Assembly (NCBI GenBank): GCA_963924565.1
Contig: OZ004609.1
Coordinates: forward strand, 9,548,001-9,612,000
DNA from: Ascidiella aspersa
Lineage: Eukaryota
Length of the DNA: 64,000 nt
Reading direction: 5' to 3'
Part shown: positions 51,501-63,500 of the stretch, piece after piece
Position numbering within the stretch: position 1 is the stretch's first letter
Layout of the letters: each line of letters starts with the position of its first letter
The notes under the pieces: model-generated
Told to the model about the DNA's origin: nothing
Seen by the model: only the letters and a program-made list of their open reading frames with translations
The model's database searches: none
Position numbers and translations under genes: made by a program

Positions 51501-54500
51501 CTATCCAAGAATACCGTCCAGCGAGAATTTAGCTTCAAATTCTCGGTGGTGTGAGTTTATTTTCCTAATTTTAGTGCAAATAAAACATGTTGTCATAAAC
51601 GAACAAACCGAAAATTGGCACGTCACTAATTGAACGAAGGCGCAAAGGAATAGCGTTAACGGCAATACTACTTTTCGTTAGTGGTACACCAATTCAAAGA
51701 GTTGAAGGTGTAAACCTTTTATCTTGCGCCCTTATCATGTGACCACACTGTTTGAATTCTTATTTTATCCGATATTGTGTGTAATAAAATAAATACTTTC
51801 CTATCTACTAGTACAGGGGTCGGCAACCTTTTTTGCACTGGGACCGGTTTAAAACTAAAATTTTGTCGCGGACCGGCCTTCAGAAAACAACAAATGTTCA
51901 GGAAAGAAAAAATAATTACAACTTTCAATACGAACTTTATGCTTGTTTTGCCGCAAAGAGATGCTCCCATCTAAGAATTATTGAACTTACTGAAACCCGC
52001 GAGCGGCATCAGGCCAATCAAACAATTTAGTTTAACCCAGCCCGCGGCTCATTTCAATAAAACTTTTAGGCTTTTACGTTTTTTCTTAAATTACACTGGT
52101 GTAACATAATTACCAATTCCTATATTCTTACCAGCTTCTCAAAATAAGGATATTTAAGTTCGTTTTTCAACAAAATTTTAATCTTACAACCCTGCTACGG
52201 ACCGGCGCTTACCGACCACGGTACTAGTAGACTTTAATTTAAAAAAAATTCGAACAGATTAAAGTTTTACCGAATCCTGACGCGGACGACGTCGAATCGC
52301 CGAGAAATACATCTTCTGCCAAGGTTTGTGTTTTATCAATAATTTAAGATAGTAAACCTCCATTTAATTACCGAATCAAGTCTCTAATTTATAATTTTCT
52401 TATTAGTGTGATATCATGTCAGTATAATAAAATACTAATGTAATTAAACTAAAAATTTATCTTAACAAATAAAATCCAGTTTTATCGGTTGGTCATTGGT
52501 TACAAAATTACTTTCCGCGACATATTTCCTTGTTAAAGATAAGGTAGCCTCTAGTTAAAATGTCATCAAATGCGATTTAAAACTAAATTTTAATAACATT
52601 GTAAACAGTAGGACAGTTTTTTAAGGCTCACTACAGATTTTACTGCAGAATTATTTTTATTTCATTTATTTAACGTTACTTAAGTAGTAAAGTTTGGCGA
52701 AAATTGTTTTATATCCGCCCCGCGATAGACAGGGCGTGCAGCGATTTGGTTCTTTGTGAAAGGTTTGGTGGCCCCTTGGTTAGTATATGTTAAGATAAAT
52801 TCGGTTTTTATAAATATATTTTTATCAATTTTGTTGTCGCGTTCATTAGATCCCCTGGAAGTATGGAAAAGCAGATAAAGCTGAGTCTCCTCGCCTGGCA
52901 AAGGTAATTTTAATTTTTGTAATTTAACGTTTAAATAACTATACCGAGTCTAAGGTTTACTGATTTGTTTTTCGCGACATTAATTGCAGTTTCTCAAAAA
53001 CGTAAATCCAAATTAAAACGCAATTGGCTATTGTTTTATTTAGTTCACCTATTTTTGGAATTAACGTAGAACGTGGTATGTAGTGGTATATTGCTATAAC
53101 GTCAAACAAGTCGTATTTTTTTGCTTTAAACCATTGTGATTTGAATTAATTTTAAAAAAATCCTTGAAAAAATTAAAGTTCATGGACCTGCACTCAATTA
53201 ATAATACGACAATGAAATCAGACGCCACTAAAGTTTGTATCTTATAAAGCAGTGGTTCTTAACCTTTTTTTGCCGCGCCTTTTTGGTAATTGCCCTGTGC
53301 AATTGCATTACGCCCTCCTTAGATGGTAAATTATTATCATATTTCAAGAAATTCGGTATTTTTCGAATAATAGTACAAGCACCTGCGACAAAGTGTAAAT
53401 AAGTCTTATATTAGCAGGAATATAAGATTTTGACATATACTCGGCATTTTTTAAGTGCGACCTCATTTAATGTTGGTGTGCAAAATGTTGCACTTATGTG
53501 GGTAGGAATTGGCGGTAAAATTATAAATCTCGGGAAGAACGTAGTTTTCTAAACAATTGAAAATCTATTTGTACAATGTTCTTAATTGCAAGACTAACTA
53601 CATTTATGAGTTTGATACCATACTTTTGTTTGTTGGAACTCAAAAATCAATTCTTGTATTGTTGTCAAAATTAGTTTTGTTAAACCATCCAACTCTCCGT
53701 TTGACGTAATTAGGAGAAACTGCTGTAGTTTAAAACTTAAACTTTTTTACCTTATAGACAAATTCGTCGAGTAAGGCGAAAAATGGCGGTGATGCAAAAT
53801 CGTCAAACGTCAAACCGGAAAATTCCAATTTGAACTTGGAGGTCACGGCAATGGACGCCGAACGTCGCTCAAACGACCCAAAAAGCGAAGACAACAAAAG
53901 TGTCTGCTCGGATGTCGACATAGACGACGTGCAATCTGAGATGTCCTTTGCGGAATACGCGATGCTGCCACGTTTTAACGTACTGGGAGCCATAAGCGGA
54001 CTCCAAGCCGAAACCAGCAAGCACTGCAAACAGTCGTGGAGCAACGCGCTGCCGAAGCCTGCTTACTTGTACATGCCTGTGCTTGGTTTGGCGCAACCAA
54101 TGAACTTATCGGACGCTGAATCAAACATTGAATATCCAGTTAAAGAAGCTTCGGCGAAAGCTGAGGACTCAAAGGATGCTGAAACCGACTGTGACTTGGA
54201 GTCGCTGTTGCAGTCTGATCACTGCAACTCAGACGGAAACTTGGCTGAAATGGAATCGGAAACGTGCGATTTTGGACAGAAGCCGGCCAGAAAACGTCGC
54301 TCCGTTTTGAAGCGTGCGACCAAATTGAGGAGACGCGCACCGGACTCGGATGAAGACACATCCGATTTTGCCGAAGAGCTTGAATCGTCTAAATCTCTTC
54401 ACCTTAGAAACAAACTAAACTGCGAAAGCGAAACAAAGCGGTCGGCAGATGAACCAACGCACAACACAGAGGAAAAAGCTGAACTGCACTTGGAACTGAG

Positions 54501-57500
54501 TAGCGAAGAAACAGATTTGGAATCCGAATGCTGTGATCCAACCCCGAATGGGGAAAAACCTAGCTCGATTGAAGCCAAAAATGACATATTTAAAGTGAAA
54601 TCCATCAGTAACCTACCCTTATTGAAGGCTGGGCTCTCTGAACAAGATAGTTCCACTTCCTTCGAGTCGAACCCGGAATCCAGGCAAAGCGCCCGGCCCT
54701 CTTGCGAATCGTCGAGCCTCAAAGAAATCACGACGAACCTCAAACAGCGCATGCGTAATGACGTCATCAGGGTGGCCGCCGTTCCTGTCCACCGGTCGAC
54801 CAAACGCATCACCAGCACCAGCACACAAACCGTAAGCTGGAACGTCGACCTTCGCCTTCTTTATTTGCGTTACACCCACGTACAGTTTTATATAGGGACG
54901 TTTGATACTTGTCATGTTGATCCGATACCCGATATTTTACACCAAAAGTAGTAAAATACATGAAATTGAAGTCAAACGTTAATAGTTTTCTGCATTAGGC
55001 CAAAATTTGCTGTGTTAAGACATCCAACTGCAGTTTTATGTATTGCTTTACGTAAAGCTAACCAACTTTAGCATATACTAACATGTTTGCAAGCAGTATT
55101 ATATCTTGCCTGTTAAGTTATTTATTTTCACAAGTATAGAAAAAACGTTTTTACACTTAGACATAAAAGAACCACAAATTTGTGACAATATGCGCGTTTA
55201 ATTGCTTTTTTCTTTTTTAGACTTCGCTGAAGTTTGGCCGCGGAAAAGTCTTTGACCCATCACCTTCAAGAAAGGTAACGACCTTAAGTATAAAGTGTTG
55301 CGTTGCTGCACTGAATATGTGAATAATAGAAATCACCTTGACCCTTGCAAGATAAATGTCGACCTTAATTCCTGATCAGTAACAGCAAAATAATCTAGCA
55401 AAGCTAGCAATTCAGGTCAGACACATTAACCAGATCTTAAAAAGATATATATATATTTCGCCAACTAAGGCATCGTCAGTATATCTGAATAAACGCAACA
55501 GTATAACAATGAGTCAGAAAACATTAAAGTTTAAATAAAAACGGTGTTTGTGCCGTTATTTTGCGTTGCCGCGTTTCTCTCGACCCGTTCTTATTGCTTC
55601 TGTACAGGGGTTGTACAACTTGGATGCCATTACTATTTAACAGCTTTTATATTTTAGTTATTTTACTTTGTTTTATTTAAACTTTAATGTTTTCTGACTC
55701 ATTCTTATACTGTTGCGTTTGTTTTTATTCAGATATACTGACGATGCCTTAGTTGGCGAAATATATATATATCTTTTTAAGATCTGGTTAATGTGTCTGA
55801 CCTGAATTGCTAGCTTGGCTAGATTATTTTGCTGTGTTGCGTTGCTGTCAGCATATCTCGTTGTTTTCTAATTTCTAGTTCAATTTGCACAACGGATGGC
55901 AATTTTTTGAGGTAACACAGACTATCTTCAAGGTTAATTTATTTACAGGTTAAACCGCCTGATCTGATTGAGTCCGAAAACGAAAACACGGAAAACCCCA
56001 GCCGAAAGCAAACTGTAAGTTATTTGTTTTTATTTGCTTTCAAACACCATTATATAAACATTTTGTCTTAGGTTGTGAGAAATGTTTCAAATACGTTGTA
56101 TGTGTATTGTGATGCACAATTTAGCTTATTATAAATTGGGTTCAGTGTTTGTATGTACATTGTACAAGAATTGCGCAACAACTTCTCTGATTTGAATGTT
56201 TTATTTGTTTTCATAAAGATTGAGATCCCCATGTGTGGGACATATACATAATATGTGATCTACTAAAGTTGTTATTAAGCTTTTTAGTGTCATTACCACT
56301 AAGAAATTAGTACTATTTTGTTTATTATTTGGTACTATTTTGTCATTTATAAACTGAATCACACCTTTTAGAATAATTGCAATCACATCTTTTCGAATAA
56401 TTCGGTTCCTATCGTTGTAACTCAGTGTTCATTATTTATAAGTATTCAATTCTGTCGTCGATCATATCATTGTTCATATGGCTTTGATCAAAGTCACTTT
56501 TTAGTTCACATTTTTATTTTTTGTTCATTCCTTTTTTGTGTGTTTCAACAGTTTCCCTTGAAGCACGGAAAAGTGATTAAAGTGGCTTCTTCACTACCTG
56601 TGATGGTAAATTTTAAACAAATATTTTTCCATAAATTTAGAAATGGCGCACCACGACGCTATATGTATAACCTATTTAAGTTTCAGTGAAAGTGACACTT
56701 AGGTAACAATAACCATCAGCCAAAGTAATGGGTATCTTGAAACACCCCTTTGGTTGTAGTGTATATAAGATCCAATCGTTTCATTGATAATCTCAGTTAA
56801 CAATTGTATTTTTTCTTGTGGAAGAGACATGCCGTACTGCTTTAGTTATTCGATTAAATTTCTCATATTGGTTAGGTATAGGTAAAATCAAAGAACGTAT
56901 TTTTTTCTTCAACAAGCTTTTAACAAACAATATGCAATTTACTGTACGCCAGTCAATGCAAATGCCTGCGTTAAGTTTATACAAAAGGTTAACACATCCA
57001 TAAGGTCCTTTCGGGTATTGTAAAGCTTAAACAGTGCGCTTAGCAGCCAAAACAAACATAAATTACAACTATATAAGAATCGTTTATGCCTCTCGACAAG
57101 CACGTATGCCATTTTAAGTCCAAAATCAAAGATGGCGCAGGTAAATATAACCCCTTGTTATCGTTTTTGTTTTCAGACAAAGTCTCCGAAAAAATTAAAC
57201 GCGTCTAGTCAGTCTGCAAAAGGTAGATACACAGAAGGCAACGAGTGGCAATCTGGAGATCCCAAAGAAACGCACGCTTCTGTTGGCAGAAGTAGCTCGT
57301 CGTACGATGCAGCTGAGATTAAGTTGGTCGAATCGGTAGACAACCTGATTCTGGAGAAAGAAGCTGAGTTGTCACGGTCCGCTGAGTATGCGTCTAACGT
57401 CACATGTGACGTGGTAGAAGCGGGACCTTCCGTCGAAGGCAGAAAGGAGCAATCTCCCATCGGCAAAGAGTGCCTTTCGGTTGTCGAAATTTTAGTTGAA

Positions 57501-60500
57501 CAGGCTGCGACCCAATTGAGTTCGGAATCTATTTCGCAAGTGAAAACCCCTTCTGGCCACGATGGCGTTTTGAATGTTGGAGCTGACGAGGTCCAACCAC
57601 GAGATAAACCGCTTCGCGAGGATGCTTCGCTTTTGGTCGGAGATCCACAACCGGTCGAGTCCGATGTGGCTGAACTGAACTCGGAACCTGATGGCGAGAC
57701 CCTTTTCAGCATTGATGGGTTCTCGCAAGTCGGAGTTGAAAGGGTCATGCCAAACGACGGTCCAGTTCATGAAGCGTCGCAACTGGATTCGAACCTGTTC
57801 GTACCTAACACAAACGAAGTGAACTCGGATTCCGCTTTTAACGGGGAGACCTTATACGACATTGATGGCTTCAACGAAGTCGGAGCCGATTTGGTTGAAC
57901 CTCAAAGTGAACCGGTTCATGAAGTTTCGCAGTTGGTTAAGGATCCGGAGTTAGCTGAAACGAATGCAGCCGAATCGAATTTGGAGTCCGGCTTAGAAGT
58001 GAAAGCCACGCACGGCATTGATGGCACTTCGAGTGTTGGAGTCGATGTGGTCGGAATCCGAGCCCACCCGGTTCGAGAAAGTTCGCAGACGGACTTGAAG
58101 CTAACTGCACCGAAGCGCGCCCAACTGAAGTCGAGATTAATCTCGCATGGGGAGAATCTACTCAGCCTTGATGACGATTCTAATGCCGGAGTCGAAGGGG
58201 TTCATCTGCCAGTGGATACGACTCAAGGCAAATTGCAGTCGGTTGACGAAGCCAAGTCTTCCGAAACCAGTTCAACTGAACCGATATCCGAACACAACTC
58301 AAACGTCACAGCTCCTGTTAGTAACTACGTCACAGCTCCTGCTAGTAACGACTTCACAGTTCCTGCAAGTAGCGACGTCACAGATCCTGCAGGTAACGAC
58401 GTCACAGCTCCTGCTAGTAAGGACGTCACTGCTCCTGCAAGTAACGACGCCACAGTTCCTGCTAGTAACTACGTCACAGCTCCTGCTAGTAACGACTTCA
58501 CAGTTCCTGCAAGTAGCGACGTCACAGATCCTGCAGGTAACGACGTCACAGCTCCTGCTAGTAACGACGTCACTGCTCCTGCAAGTAACGACGCCACAGT
58601 TCCTGCTAGTAACTACGTCACAGCTTCTGCTAGTAACGACTTCACAGTTCCTGCAAGTAGCGACGTCACAGATCCCGCAGGTAACGACGTCACACCTCCT
58701 GCTATTAACGACGTCACTGCTCCTGCAAGTAACGACGCCACAGTTCCTGCTAGTAACGACGTCACAGTTCCTGCAAGTAACGACGTCACAGCTCCTGCTA
58801 GTAACGACGCCACAGCTCCTGCTAGTAACGACGTCACAGCTCCTGCAAGTAACGACGTCACAGCTCCTGCAAGTAACGACGTCACAGATCCTGTAAGTAA
58901 CGACGTCACAGCTCCTGCAAGTAACGACGTCACAGCTCCTGCAAGTAACGACGCCACAGTTCCTGCAAGTAACGACGTCACAGCTTCTACAAGTAACGAC
59001 GTCACAGCTCCTGCAATTAACGGCGTCTCAGCTCCTGCAAGTAACGACGCCACAGTTCCTGCTAGTAACGACGTCACCGATCCTGCTAGCAACGACGTCT
59101 CAGCTCCTGCTAGTAACGACGTCACAGTTCCTGCAAGCAACGACGTCACAGATCCTGCAAGTAACGACGTCACAGTCCCTGCAAGTAACGACGTCACAAC
59201 TCCTGCTAGTAACGACGTCACAGCTCATGCAAGTAACGACGTCACAGCTCCTGCTACTAACGACGTCACAGCTCCTGCAAGTAACGACGCCACAGCTTCT
59301 GCTAGTAACGACGTCACGGCTCCTGCAAGTAACGACGCCACAGCTTCTGCTAGTAACGACGTCACAACTCCTGCCAGTAACGACGTCACAGCTCCTGCAA
59401 GTAACGACGCCACAGCTCCTGCTAGTAACGACTTCACAGCTCCTGCTGATAACGGCGTCACAGCTCCTGCAAGTAACGACGCCACAGCTCCTGATAGAAA
59501 CGACTTCACAGCTCCTGCAAGTAACGACTTCACAGCTCCTGCTAGTAACGACGCTACAGCTCCTGCTAGTAACGACGTCACAGCTCCTGCAAGTAACGAC
59601 GTCACAGTTCCTGAAAGTAACGACGTCACGGCTCCTGCAAGTAACGACGTCACAGCCCCTGCTGATAACGACGTCACAGTTCCTCCTAGTAACGACGCTA
59701 CCTGTTGCCTCACGGCGAATACCGCTCACTCATCAGAGGCAAATTCAGCAGCTATCGGCCTTTCGCAAGAGATGACAAACCCACACCCAGCGGCTGGTTC
59801 TAACAGCGACCAATCGCTCCAAGAATCAGAGCTGCCAATCCACAATTCAGCCGAATTCGACGAATTTTCGTGCGGCGAAGCGACAGCCGATAACGCAGAA
59901 TCTATGGGGTTATCGGTAAGCTGCTGCACTTTTTAAACTTTCAAACGATTTGGTGAAATGCTTACTTAAGGGCCAGTTTATATCTATATGTCAGCTATTA
60001 GTTCGGTTCAAGTAGTGTTTTTTAGCAGCTATATGCCAGGGTTGTTGTTTTATTTTAAGAAGCTGTGTAAGCAATTTTCCAGCGAAGTGCTTACTTTTGG
60101 CTGAACATATATGTTAACTTTTGTTGCAGTAAAATTTTCCCGACTCTTATAAGTAATGTCTGTCACACAAACCAACTTTAGTTTTCAGGGCTTTTAAACC
60201 TCGTGCAGCTTTTTTATGTTAAATAACTATAAATTTGTTCGCAGGACCAAACCGATTTTTTCGACAAACGGAAGAATATCGATGCTGCTTTTAAAAGATT
60301 AAACGTAAGTGCATGAATATTAGCGTAACAGTAAATATATGTTGCACGCAAAGCCGCAGCGACCATTAGCACAATAATCTTGCTGTTAAGAAAATCGACA
60401 ATAAGTTGATTTGATTCAATTTAAATAACGTAAAATATATGTTAAGAAATCTGATTACGGCGTTTTTTTTCAGATGTCCAACTTGTTCAAACAGGTAAGC

Positions 60501-63500
60501 GAGCAGTTGTTTATTTGCTAATTTGTTTACCATTACTTAACTGCACAACTCAAGACTTTAGGGAACGGCATTACGTTACGTAAAAACATATGCATAACAC
60601 GTTATCCAGGGTAATTAAAAACAAAGGCAGTGAATTCTTCTCATGATAGAACAGTCGATGTCCTCAACTTAGTATAGCTTTTCTTAAACGAGTCGAACTA
60701 CAATATTTTCTCGTGATGCGGCATTAAAAATGTTTTGATTTGATTTTACCCGCTTTTGGGGGTATGTCTAATTTTATACCAAGTAAGTCAGGACACAGGG
60801 TGGCAATGGTATTTAAGGTCCTTGTAAACTACAACGTGAGGTATTAACTAACACGACAACGCACGTTAAAGTATATGTAGGTATTTTATTGAGTTCCTGT
60901 AATAGACCACAAATTTGCAAGCATTAACAACTTGCATCCATATTATTGGCCTGTGTGTTTGTATAACCTCGATTTTTACTTTACAGTGGTATTATTAAAA
61001 GCATCACATAGAAGACTTTCGCAAAACTTATATTTTTCCATTAAACATTTCAGGTCACGTTCGATGGTAACCTGCTTGCGGCCATGGGCAGCGAAACTGA
61101 AGTGCCGGTAAGTAGATTTATCAATTTGACCTTTAATAACCTTCGACCTGTAGTAACCCTTCAACTTCGATATAGTTAACCTTTGTCTGCCAGCACCAGT
61201 AACCATATATTTTTGTGTAGACCCTTCTGAACAGCAACATCACAATTGGAGCTCGACAGCTGCTACTTGACAGACTTGGGGTGAGTTGTTAGTTTTCCTC
61301 CTTATGCATAACGTGTTGTGTATTATTGGACAGTGTGAGGTTTAGCGTTAGCCTTTACAACTTTAAGTGTTGCAGTTTGATTGTACAGTGCAATACATAG
61401 GATCGAAGTTAGAAACTGCCGCATGTGATTAACGGCAAACATGGTTTTAATTCTAGCTTGTATGTTTGCTGTGGCGATAATTTAAAGTAATAAACCAGTT
61501 GAACGAACCATAAGAACACTTAGCTCGCGCCATTTTTGCAGAAGTTTTGTTGCAATTTATGAAAGTATATACTCTTACCTGTTTCGGTTCGGTGTCATTC
61601 ACCCTGACGAAGGCGACTTGCACAGGTTGCCGAAACGGTAAAGAAATACAATTACCAGAAGAGCTGTTTTTCGATTACTATTAGTATGCCTGATAGCAAC
61701 AGTTTATATACTCTTACCTGATTTCTAAAATAGGTTATGTTTGCAAAACCTCGTTTAAAAGTATTTTTACTATTGGTTAAAAAAAACTAACAAAAAATTA
61801 TGTTGTTTGCAGATAGAAGATTGCTACGAGGCAGAGGTTTGACTTTTAACTTTAAAGTTGTTTAAAGAAAAAAATGCATGATTGTTCAAATAATTATAAC
61901 TAATACATAATTGTTCAAATAATTATAACTGATACATGATTGTTCAAATGCTAATATGCGTTATACTTTGTAAAATGTACATATTATGTTTTAACCCTTG
62001 TAAGGTTCATTTGATACGATTAGTTTTCTAAAAGTAACTGTTTTGCAGGTTAAAAAGACGCTAAAGAAAAAGGTAAGTTGGCAACACTTTATTCACACTT
62101 ATTGTAAAAAAACAGCTTAGCAATAAACCAACCATTTATTTTTAGGGACCACCGAAAGGTAACCTAAGGATCAAGTTCTGTGAGAAAATAACGAAGTGCC
62201 TCTTTCAACATGAGTCGTCAATAGAGGTAAGAAGGTTGTGTACAAACATTTAAATAAAAATAATATAAAATGTATATATAAAAAAAAATGTAAAAAGTGT
62301 TCAACACAAAACACAAACAGTTCTGAAACGAACGTTCGCCGTTTTTTTCTAAAGAATCTAATAAAGTTCTATGTTTAGTAAATTTCTTTTTAGTTTTTCA
62401 ATACGGCCTTTAAGGCATTTTATAGGAATATCCGAAATATTTGACAGAAGAGTTTTTCTATATTATGCTTGTTCGTATAAAAGCGAAAAACCTAAACTTG
62501 TTTTTAGGACATTCATATTAACGAAATCGTGGAGGAATGTGATTGCTACTTGGAGGACAAAGTCCCAGCGGTAAGCGAAAATAAATTAAACCTAAAATTC
62601 TGTTTTATATGTGCTTTTAGGATGCTGCTTTTCGAGATACTTTTGGTTGTTTTAGTTCTTGTGATGTTTTTAGCAGGCTTTTACCTATACGAAAAACGAT
62701 ATTTAAGACTGTGAATTGTTACTTGTAAGGAGTAGATTGGAAAAGCTATTTTTTGCTGTTTTGTAAGGTAAAATCAGGGAGTTTTTGTTGTGTTATGTGG
62801 AAACAAGACTACAGAAACACGTGTTTTTAATTTGCTCCACTATATGTTGTTCTATTTCAATTTCCCATGCGTTTTCCACGAAATATGTTTCCCTCAAGGT
62901 TGAAAGCGTCTTAAGTTACACCGATTTTATTTTTTGCAGAAATATCAAAATTCCGAACTCGAACGATGCAAACTGTTGGATATGGTAAGATTTGCACTAT
63001 TTCGTTATTATTGTTCTGTAAGCCCCTTCTGTAAGCAAAATAACAAAGCTGCATTTAACAATTTCTATAAATGAATTATAGTTAACAAATTGATAAGCAA
63101 ATTCCGACTCCATAAATAGAACCCACATTGTTTACATATTTTACCTTGATCAATTGCGTGTCTTAATTTTGCCTCATGTTTGTCTACGAGTAGTTTTCAA
63201 CCTTTTATGTATTGCACCCCCCAGAAATAAGAAATAGATTGCTAAGTGGTTTGTTCTAACCTAACTTATTTGAACAAACCTGGCACAACACAAACAACTC
63301 ATCACATGTGGGTTGAATTAATTCATATATTTTACTCTTGCATAAAGAGTTTTGTCAATCGGCTTACCGATAGAGCAAAAATCAAATTTGTAGAGTTCTT
63401 ATACCTTTCGGCACCCTTAAGCATTGTAAATGGCACCCCGGCTTTGTACCTGTACTCTAGTATTCCTATAGGTTGTTTTCAGCAGCATATGCAACGCTTA

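Larger units (their letters stand above)
55309..55833. mobile_element. Palindromic Penelope-like retroelement remnant (inverted pLTR-like arms) with a 14-bp TSD
   Basis: Arms 55382-55540 and 55671-55835 are near-perfect reverse complements. GTGTTGCGTTGCTG flanks the element at 55295-55308 and 55834-55847. Each arm carries a hammerhead. Confidence 0.75.

Noticed and set aside
49678-54915. Minus-strand ORFs of 70-141 aa
   Set aside because: Antisense shadows of the two large plus-strand exons; no independent splice or homology signal.
58302-59702. CRISPR-like array
   Set aside because: Units are contiguous with no unique spacers, in a eukaryotic coding exon, with no cas genes.
58147-59775. 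Long overlapping ORFs on both strands (VTTSQLLL.., AGAVTSLL.., CDVVTSRS..)
   Set aside because: Shadow frames of a 24-bp repeat that lacks stops in most frames; only the NDVTAPAS frame is continuous with the spliced exon.
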